A DNA stretch of 64,000 nt from an uncultured bacterium (GTDB lineage Bacteria > Oederibacteriota > PGYV01 > CAWJRG01): contig CAWJRG010000005.1 in the NCBI GenBank assembly GCA_963845185.1, positions 352,001 through 416,000 on the forward strand, in the 5' to 3' direction. The position numbers were made by a program, and so were the translations under genes. Numbering within the stretch: the stretch's first letter is position 1; every line of letters starts with the position of its first letter. Below are positions 57,801 to 64,000 of this stretch, piece by piece. The notes below the pieces were generated by a model. That model was not told where the DNA came from and did not search any database. It worked only from the letters and a program-made list of their open reading frames with translations.

Positions 57801-58317
57801 CGTACATGTTCGTGCGCAGTTCCGCGCCGGGGTAGTCTGCGTAGGTTGTCTCGTGTGTGAGGACAAGGGTGTCGTATATGCCCTGCTGTCCCCGGAGCAT
57901 GTCGTAATACAGCGTGCAATCTATTGGGCTGCCGAGAGTCTGGAGCTCCACTTCTGCCTGATTGCCGCCGTTGTTTGCGGGATTCACAGTCAGTGTGTAC
58001 ACTGGGTTGGTCAGGGTGGGCCCGCCCGAGCCGTCTATATAAAAGTAACCGCCGCCGTTGCCGCCGGCCAAAAGATTTGTGCCGTTATAGGTGAAGTTCG
58101 TGATGTTGCCGTTGGTGATGTTGATGGTTATCGAAACGATGCCGTTCGCAAGAACCACATTGTTGCCGTTCTGGGTCGCTGTCACATTCGCGCCTGTGCC
58201 TGTGCCGCCGCCTGCCACATTGGCATAGGAAGCCGTTGCCGGCAATAAAGAAATAATCAGGAATATGAACGTTACAATATTTAATTTGGTTTTTTTTAAA
58301 GATATACCCTTATGCAT
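54859..58317 (-). CDS. secreted rhamnogalacturonan lyase (PL4)-like protein with Thr-X linker and FlgD/T9SS-like C-terminal domain
   Basis: KYSYS, EYL.GGP, YQFW, PGTYNLWAF, WEIG.PDR and YDYIRLE motifs; C-terminal YPNPYNP...SGTYYY. Confidence 0.82.
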   Translation of the reverse strand: MHKGISLKKTKLNIVTFIFLIISLLPATASYANVAGGGTGTGANVTATQNGNNVVLANGIVSITINITNGNITNFTYNGTNLLAGGNGGGYFYIDGSGGPTLTNPVYTLTVNPANNGGNQAEVELQTLGSPIDCTLYYDMLRGQQGIYDTLVLTHETTYADYPGAELRTNMYVGSMFDWICVDPYRFRQMASTSDTYVTVTGAPVEVFDFTSGIYSGTTGCKYSYSEPLGQTNVYGWASTTSKYGVWQTFPSHEYLDGGPMHRELTAHLGNTLLDMFGGGHYGFGLTQDQPAGTFTSKTFGPAFIYANQYTGTATDVSTYAQVLFADAQAQAAAEQSAWPYAWFNPQPESTGSGTTVTAYPQASGRGTVSGTFAINDTYNPTASPVGMWIGLAPDDVGVDFQQQYLTYQFWVKTTTGGSFTIPNVLPGTYNLWAFGPGAAGTFEQANITVAAGQTLNLGTVTWTPLRLGPTVWEIGVPDRSSEEFNNGEHDVTPWSGVLPPYAGGAPYDIPTDWSAFLDYANQFPNGVSYTVGVGNYANDWNYCQPTILNTGGTYVGTASKIYFNMAKAPAAGNQARLYMAFAAAYSAACIITINGTVQTAPVTGSTDGTYATIANATTGFYVPNYSFDTMVRLGSNGAWGDAYLDFPATDLKAGWNEIDIGLRPTGTAGNGNGFEYDYIRLECQGYSQSSPTPSPQVSATMTAAAAVSPSATVTATRTSSPTFTHTVTGTFTATTTITDSPTFTHTPTCTFTATTTITDSPTFTHTPTCTFTTTLTLTGSPTFTRTLTSTFTVLPTITITNTATLTPTGTRTNTATYTVTLTLTDTPVNTRTNTATLSATETNTPTLTIAFTGTPTCTPTASATWSVVSATLTATASATCTVPGATLTATETCTIKITATDTLTATRTSSPSPSNTPTSSYSATGTPSATPTSSTTWIYTPTASATWSVVSATLTATASATCTVPGATLTATETCTIKITATDTLTATRTDTVTMTLTNTPTASSTFNVQSSKTNTATETASATLTATNIIETSTVTPTQAATGTLKIWRVKPYPNPYNPGTGIPLNIAVNVTSVNIDSITLKIYTTSYRLIKEQVFEGSYIQQVSDGLVVLQYDSSNLSNLSSGTYYYVVIADKGGVKARSKYDAIIILK

Positions 58318-58496
58318 AAATTCACCTGGATGCAGTTGAAAAAAAATTGTTAATAGTTAATTTAAGTTTATTAACCACTTTTGCAACTATACAAATCAAT
58401 TATGCATAAGTCAAGTATCAAACTCTTTTGCGGTTTTTTTTGTGTAATATTAAGTGGACCCCGCGACTCCCGCAGGGGGGTTCCACCCACAGCAGC

Positions 58497-59717
58497 TCAC
58501 AACAATATCTTTTCCGGATTTAGAAAAAACTCCACGGCATCAAGGTGTTTTATATCCGTTGAATCTTCTGTTTTCTTGAAAGATATAATAACTTTTTTTA
58601 CGTTCCTGTATCGCCTGGAAAAAACGTCAAACGCGGCCATAGCTTTACCGGTATACCCCGACTTTACTTCAATTGCCGTAAGCCTGTCTCCTGTTTTTAA
58701 TATATAATCGACTTCAAAATTCCTTTCGCGCCAGTAAAAAATTTCTCCGCCTTTTTCCTGGGCCAGCCAGTATAACCTGGCTCCGACTGCGTTTTCAAAC
58801 AGCCTTCCCCAGTAAATTTTATCATTAAAAGCCTGTTTGAATGTTTTTCCGGAGTTTGCGGTTACAATTGAATTGTCCAGGAAAAGTATTTTCGGCGAGG
58901 AACTTTTCTGCTTTATTTTACTGCCGCTGTACTTCTCGAGCGGCACCAAAAAAAACGCGTTAGCCAGCAGCCTGAGGTAAAAAGCTATAGTTGAAGCGTT
59001 TCCGGCTTCCTGCAGCTGTCCCAGCATGTTTTGATAACTTAATATTTGTGCCGGATAATGCAGGCAAAGATCGAATGCCTGTCTTAACAGGGCCGGCTTG
59101 GTTATGGGATTCATTAAAAAAACATCTTTTGCTATCACCGTTTCAATCAAAGACGCTCTTATATATTCCATCCATCTTTCATGATTTTTGCGTAAAGGCA
59201 GGGCCGCCGGATAGCTGCCGGAATAAATGTACTCGTTCAGGTTAAGATTGATGAATTCTTTGCATTCTCCATATGACCACTGGCCGTGCTTGTGCAGTTC
59301 AAACCGGCCTGCAAGGCTTTCGGTTAATCCCCTTTGCATTAAAAGCGACGAAGAACCCAGGATAATTACACGCAGGCGGGTGTTTGAAAATTTATCTTCA
59401 TCAAAAAATTTTTTTACTACGGTACTCCATTTGGAAACTTTCGGTATTTCATCTATTATGAGCAGTGTTTTTTTTCGTTCTTTTCTTTCCGCTTCCCGCG
59501 CTTTAACCCATATTTTCGCGACCCAGCCGGCATCTATGACACCCGAAGAATCCGCGGTTTCATAAAATTTAGGCCCTTTCCATGTTTTGTAAAATTGTTT
59601 TACAAGCGTGGTTTTCCCCACCTGCCTCGGGCCGACAACAGCCTGGATAAAATTCATACGGCTGTCCATGTGGCTTTTGAGTTTTGTGTAAAGTTTTCTT
59701 CTCAGGTATAGTTTCAT
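58497..59717 (-). CDS. AAA+ ATPase (AAA_14) with DUF4143/PD-(D/E)XK C-terminus
   Basis: GPRQVGKT, IDE, ESLAGR, G.LFEN and EVD...AIEVKS motifs. Confidence 0.9.
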   Translation of the reverse strand: MKLYLRRKLYTKLKSHMDSRMNFIQAVVGPRQVGKTTLVKQFYKTWKGPKFYETADSSGVIDAGWVAKIWVKAREAERKERKKTLLIIDEIPKVSKWSTVVKKFFDEDKFSNTRLRVIILGSSSLLMQRGLTESLAGRFELHKHGQWSYGECKEFINLNLNEYIYSGSYPAALPLRKNHERWMEYIRASLIETVIAKDVFLMNPITKPALLRQAFDLCLHYPAQILSYQNMLGQLQEAGNASTIAFYLRLLANAFFLVPLEKYSGSKIKQKSSSPKILFLDNSIVTANSGKTFKQAFNDKIYWGRLFENAVGARLYWLAQEKGGEIFYWRERNFEVDYILKTGDRLTAIEVKSGYTGKAMAAFDVFSRRYRNVKKVIISFKKTEDSTDIKHLDAVEFFLNPEKILL

Positions 59718-59726
59718 GATTTTTAA

Positions 59727-59784
59727 AGCATATCATTTTGTTTGCAACTTGTCAACAATTTGTTCAGTCGACTGAACAAATTGT
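59727..59784 (-). promoter_or_regulatory. promoter of the ATPase gene with an adjacent perfect 30-bp palindrome
   Basis: TTGACA(59755-59750)-17 bp-TATGCT; acaatttgttcagtcgactgaacaaattgt at 59755-59784. Confidence 0.65.
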
Positions 59785-59941
59785 AAGTGGCATTTCTTGG
59801 AATTGTCCCATTTGGCAACAGCGGCATGGCGGGTATTCCCCGCGCCCTGCACAAAGTAAATCCGGAAAGCCCTGGGCCGATACAGGTACTGACTATCGCA
59901 AATAATCATATGCCAACCCGGCTTCAGTTTCAAGGCTGGAG

Positions 59942-60622
59942 CTACTTCAAAAACCTCTTCTTCCCCATCTTCCAGATTTGTTTTATTCCTTTCACTGCCA
60001 GCTTTGCCCCCTCTTTCACTACTTTCCCGGTCAGGGTATCCGGCTCCCGGCTTATTATACCACTGAACTGAGTTTTTAGAGTTTCTAGTCCCTGATTTCT
60101 TGTTTTCAGTTGGGATTCGTTCTGAATATTATCTTTCACTTTCCCCATAACACTTACCCCTTTCCCCATCTTTTCCTGTTCCTTCCCCTTACCACTTACC
60201 CCATCCCCCGCTTTTATCCTCTCCACCATCTCCGGCAAATCCACCAGATACGGGTTCCCGGAAGCCTGAGCCCAACCAAAGGCTGGCCCATGCCCATTGT
60301 CATTGGCATGCTTTAGTTCCCATATGACTCCCGCCGCCCCCAAAGCTGCCATAGCCGCCATGGGCTCGTCCTGTATTATAATATGAGACCCGTCCTTAGC
60401 CGGCCTTTTTATATCAAAATACCCTGTCTCAGCCATTTCCTTCCAAAACCCGTCATCCTGCCCGCCCTGCTTTGGTAGGGACAGCACTCCCGTGCTGTCC
60501 GAATTTCCCTCTCCCCCGCTTTTGCCTTTGCCGCCCTCCGATCCTCTGATCCTCTTGCCCTGAGCTTGTCGAAGGGCCGACCTTCCGCTTTCCTGCCTTT
60601 GCCATCGCCTTTCACTTCGCAC
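59942..60622 (-). CDS. dubious hypothetical ORF (low-complexity ends, protein-like core)
   Basis: 226-aa open frame followed by a hairpin; no recognisable motif; contains a REP. Confidence 0.3.
   Translation of the reverse strand: MRSERRWQRQESGRSALRQAQGKRIRGSEGGKGKSGGEGNSDSTGVLSLPKQGGQDDGFWKEMAETGYFDIKRPAKDGSHIIIQDEPMAAMAALGAAGVIWELKHANDNGHGPAFGWAQASGNPYLVDLPEMVERIKAGDGVSGKGKEQEKMGKGVSVMGKVKDNIQNESQLKTRNQGLETLKTQFSGIISREPDTLTGKVVKEGAKLAVKGIKQIWKMGKKRFLK
60557..60577. repeat. REP-like palindrome
   Basis: gccctgagcttgtcgaagggc. Confidence 0.7.
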
Positions 60623-60660
60623 ATAGCACTTAGCACGTCACACGTCCTCATCTGCGCCTC

Positions 60661-61020
60661 CCAGCCGCCTGATTTCTTGGCTTCACCAAGAATTGCCTCC
60701 CTTGCAGACCCCTAAATCCCTGCCAATCCCTGATTTTACGGGAATCCCGTAAATTGCCTCCCGCGCCGATTTTCCCAATAATGGCAAGGCTTTTATGGCG
60801 TAACTCACATATTTTGGCGTTACCTCAACTATGGCAGCCCCCTGATTTCCGTGCATTGCACTGGATTGCCTACCTCGGGCACATCCCATCCCCCTGATTT
60901 TGCGTCCCAGACGCAAACTTGCTGCCTATACACGCCTAATTTTATTTCCCGGACATAAAACTGCTGTCGTGGGTACCACCCAGCCGCCTGATTTTACGGC
61001 ATTGCCGTAAAATTGCCTCC
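60661..61020. repeat. array of 6-7 hairpin units with conserved flanks and variable stems
   Basis: cctgattt-[palindrome]-a(a)ttgcc units at 60668, 60729, 60841, 60893, 60935 and 60987. Confidence 0.75.
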
Positions 61021-61119
61021 AGCTACTTCCTGCCGTTTCAAATTGAAACATATATCCAGCCGTCGCAGCTATAACCAGCGTCTGTGTTTAATGGTGTTTT
61101 AAAGGTGGTTTTATGGCTG

Positions 61120-61668
61120 CTATTTATTTATCGCAAACCAGTATTCGGCCAGTTGTTTTTCGATTCTTTCATAGTCCCTAAAATATTTTTTTATAGCTCC
61201 AAAGAATTCCTTATTATGCCGTCTGTGTCTAAAATGATTTAATTCATGGCAGACGATATAGTCTATCAGCCTCTCCGGCAGCTTTGACAGGGCGTTATTT
61301 ATTGTGATGTTGCCTTTGTTACTCCAGCTTCCCCATTTCGACCGCATGTTCTTGAAAAAAACTCTTGATACTTTAACGCCCATTCTTTTTTCATTCTTTA
61401 TCACAAAATCCAGAACAACCCGCCTGAATTCCTTCATTGTCCTAAAAACCGGCGTCAATCCCGCGGCATTCTGCTTTATAGCCTGTATCTCGTTTATCTT
61501 CCTGTAAATCCAGTTTTTATGTTTTTGTATTATCCTCTTTTCGTCCATATACCTTTTCGGCGCTATCAGGACAAGCCTTCCTGTTTTAAGCTCTATCCTG
61601 GCATGCTTTACGTCCCTGCGTTCGACATGGTACGTGACGTCCAGGTCATTTATCCGTATTTTTTCCAT
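61120..61668 (-). CDS. M48/YgjP (DUF45) metallo-hydrolase, short form
   Basis: MRSKWGS and DYIVCHELNH..H..H...F motifs; typical partner downstream of hsdR. Confidence 0.9.
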   Translation of the reverse strand: MEKIRINDLDVTYHVERRDVKHARIELKTGRLVLIAPKRYMDEKRIIQKHKNWIYRKINEIQAIKQNAAGLTPVFRTMKEFRRVVLDFVIKNEKRMGVKVSRVFFKNMRSKWGSWSNKGNITINNALSKLPERLIDYIVCHELNHFRHRRHNKEFFGAIKKYFRDYERIEKQLAEYWFAINK

Positions 61669-64000
61669 AATCCTGCGCCCCTATAATATCGGAAACTATG
61701 CTGCCTGATATCCTGTCCAGCTCATCCGGGTTATATCCCTTTTTCCTGAATATTCTCCTGATGATTTGCGTGACTGCCTTCCCTATTTCAGGATTGGATA
61801 TGTACTCGAGCAGGTACTCGCCTTCTTCCCTGATTTTTTCCTTCACCTGTTTCATGCATTCCACTGCGTCCTCATCGCTCAGTTTTTCCTTTTTCAGCCG
61901 CAGGAACATGACATACTCTATATTATCCAGCCCCAGCTCTTTTTGTTTGTTTTCCACAGCTTCTTTATCGTCAAATATGGCGTTCCCGGCCTTTATTATT
62001 TCCATGTAGGTTTTCACATTGCTCTGCCATTCCTGTATGAGCCGCATTACCCTGTCGGCCAGCTCCTCATAAATAGGGTTCTTTGCCTTGTCGACCAGTA
62101 TATACTTTCGCAGGGCAAATATTATGTTTGCTGCTTTTTCTTCCGATGGGTCGGACTTCGCGAGCAGCTGCCTCATCCTTGCCTCGTCATACCGTATTCC
62201 CGGAAGCTCCTTTAAGCCCTTGATCTCCGTGCCCTTATAAATATTTTCCAGCGTCCTCCTGAAATACTTGCTTATATAATAATCCTTTTCCGGCTCGCCG
62301 AAGTTTTTCTTGTAGTAATAATAAAACGCGGTCAGCCACTTATATTCCTTTAAGAATTTTATCTTGACTTCAGAACTGCCGAGCAGCTCGTATAGCCGCC
62401 TTGCCTGCCTGTATTTCTCGTCAAATTCAGCCTGCCGCCTGTCTTCGGAACTAATAAATTTCAAAACAGAAGTCAGGTGCTGGACATTATAATCTTCAAA
62501 ATCCGCTTTCCCTTTCAGCAGCTTTTTTAATTCTTCTATTGTACAGGCGAACTTATCCGCCATTTTATCAAAGTCATACAGTATGTTTTCCCTGTCTTTC
62601 TCCTCATACGCCTTAAAAGCCCTGTCTATGTCGTCGAGCACGCCTACATAATCTATTACCAGCCCCGCTTCTTTTTCCTCATAGCGCCTGTTGGTGCGCG
62701 CTATCGCCTGTAAAAGCCTGTAATTTTTCAGGGCTTTGTGCAGGTATACGGTCTGCAAAACAGGCGCATCAAAGCCCGTTATGAGCATTTCCGTGACTAT
62801 TAAAATCTTCGGGCTTTTATCCGCGTTATCCTTGAACCTGGGTGTTATTTTCTTTTTGATTTCAGAAATGTCTTTTTCATTGTATTTTTCCGTTATCCTG
62901 TTATATTGCGCGGCTATTTTCGGGTCTGATTCTTTTTGCCCCATTGACATTACTATTTCGGTTTCGTCTTCATCAAAATATTTGTCGAGTTCTTCCTTAT
63001 ACAGGCAGCAGGCATGCCGGGACGCGGCTATCACGACAGCCTTAAATTTCCCGTCAAGGTTTGCTTTAAAATGCCCTGCAATATCCTTTGCCGCCAGCTT
63101 GATTATTTCAGGATTTTCAAGGACCACGTTTATCTTATTAAGGCGCTCCCTGACTCCTTTTTCCACATCTTCTTTCATGGTCTCGTTTATTTCGTCCATG
63201 TCTTCCTGGTCGTAAAAGAACTTGATAAGCTCCCTGTCCACATGTACTTCATCGGTCAGCCTCGGCTGGTAAACTATTTCAAGCGTATACCCGTCCCTGA
63301 CAGAATCCTCCATAAAATACCGGTCAAGGTACAGCTTGTCGCCGTATTCAAATTCTTTATAGGTGTTCCTTTCCCTGTTTGCTATTGGCGTGCCGGTAAA
63401 GGCAAAGAGATTTCCGCTTTTAAATATGCTTTTCATCTGCGCGGACAGGATGCCGTAATGCGACCTGTGCCCCTCATCTATCAGGCATATTACGTTTTTC
63501 CTGCCTGCTATGGTCGACGCGCTGCTGCCCGAGGCTTTTATTTCCTCTTCTATTGCCTTCATCCCGCTTTCAAAATCCCGCAGCTGTCCCGGATTAAACT
63601 TATGGATGAGCGTGACAAACACGCCTCTCTTGCCCCTGTATCCGTCATGTTTCAGGATTTTCCTCAAATCCTCGATGGATGAAATCGGCTCAATGTCTGA
63701 GAACAAATCAAGATACCCGAACTCGTCGAACAACTGGGTCTCAAGCTCTTCCCTGTCGACAATAAAGAAAATAGACGGGTTAGCGGCTTCCCTCATCTGG
63801 AATAACTTATTCGCGGCAAATATCATGGTAAGCGTCTTTCCCGAACCCTGCCAGTGCCATATCAGGCCCCGGTCTTTTTCCTTTTTTCCGCTTATCCTGC
63901 CTGTCACCCTTTTTACAATCTTATCAGTTGCCCTGTACTGCATATACCGGCATATTACTTTGGTTTTCCTGCCCCGCTCTTCCCTGAAAAACAAATAGTA
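61646..64000 (-). CDS. hsdR: type I restriction enzyme R subunit (5' part lies outside the window)
   Basis: R.MQYRA, WHWQGSGKT, IDEGHR, FTGTP, ML.TGFDAP and LLQAIARTNR motifs. Confidence 0.93.
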   Translation of the reverse strand, partial: YYLFFREERGRKTKVICRYMQYRATDKIVKRVTGRISGKKEKDRGLIWHWQGSGKTLTMIFAANKLFQMREAANPSIFFIVDREELETQLFDEFGYLDLFSDIEPISSIEDLRKILKHDGYRGKRGVFVTLIHKFNPGQLRDFESGMKAIEEEIKASGSSASTIAGRKNVICLIDEGHRSHYGILSAQMKSIFKSGNLFAFTGTPIANRERNTYKEFEYGDKLYLDRYFMEDSVRDGYTLEIVYQPRLTDEVHVDRELIKFFYDQEDMDEINETMKEDVEKGVRERLNKINVVLENPEIIKLAAKDIAGHFKANLDGKFKAVVIAASRHACCLYKEELDKYFDEDETEIVMSMGQKESDPKIAAQYNRITEKYNEKDISEIKKKITPRFKDNADKSPKILIVTEMLITGFDAPVLQTVYLHKALKNYRLLQAIARTNRRYEEKEAGLVIDYVGVLDDIDRAFKAYEEKDRENILYDFDKMADKFACTIEELKKLLKGKADFEDYNVQHLTSVLKFISSEDRRQAEFDEKYRQARRLYELLGSSEVKIKFLKEYKWLTAFYYYYKKNFGEPEKDYYISKYFRRTLENIYKGTEIKGLKELPGIRYDEARMRQLLAKSDPSEEKAANIIFALRKYILVDKAKNPIYEELADRVMRLIQEWQSNVKTYMEIIKAGNAIFDDKEAVENKQKELGLDNIEYVMFLRLKKEKLSDEDAVECMKQVKEKIREEGEYLLEYISNPEIGKAVTQIIRRIFRKKGYNPDELDRISGSIVSDIIGAQDYGKNTDK

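Noticed and set aside
59733..59933. 66-aa ORF upstream of the ATPase
   Set aside because: No RBS or motif; overlaps the promoter and palindrome
60683..60916. 77-aa ORF across the hairpin array
   Set aside because: TTG start without RBS; the hairpin units fall in different frames, so conservation is at nucleotide-structure level
60661..61020. CRISPR array, TIGR array or integron attC cluster
   Set aside because: No identical repeats with constant-length spacers, no cas, Nop-domain or integrase gene in the window, and no GTTRRRY/RYYYAAC cores; kept only as an unclassified hairpin array
1..64000. Prophage, retron, DGR or autonomous IS
   Set aside because: No integrase, reverse transcriptase, transposase or phage structural genes recognised

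Overview
This is bacterial chromosomal DNA of moderately low GC, with most genes on the minus strand. Core loci are pyrF-pyrE-nfeD, pfp, rsmB, the rimP-nusA-infB-DUF503-rbfA-DHH-ribF operon and three tRNAs (Leu-CAA, Pro-UGG, His-GUG). Between them lie accessory genes. These include secreted glycan enzymes (GH8, PL4-like lyase) carrying long Thr-X linkers and a shared FlgD-like C-terminal domain, a GH3, an acetylesterase, two GT-C membrane glycosyltransferases, two PilZ proteins, a MerR-GGDEF fusion, TPR, NHL and Kelch-like exported proteins, hicBA, an AAA+/DUF4143 ATPase and the end of a type I R-M locus (hsdR plus M48 protein). The secreted-protein architecture is reminiscent of Candidatus Goldbacteria-like organisms; that is inference only. 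The most unusual signals are non-coding. (1) A two-hairpin element with compensatory base changes sits directly against the Shine-Dalgarno sequence of four unrelated genes. (2) An array of six or seven equal-length hairpins with fixed flanks and variable, still-paired stems lies downstream of the R-M locus. (3) A diverged 5' half of tRNA-His plus a structured insert precedes the intact tRNA-His. Two apparent single-base frameshifts at homopolymers may be assembly errors. All calls come from reading the sequence; no searches were run.
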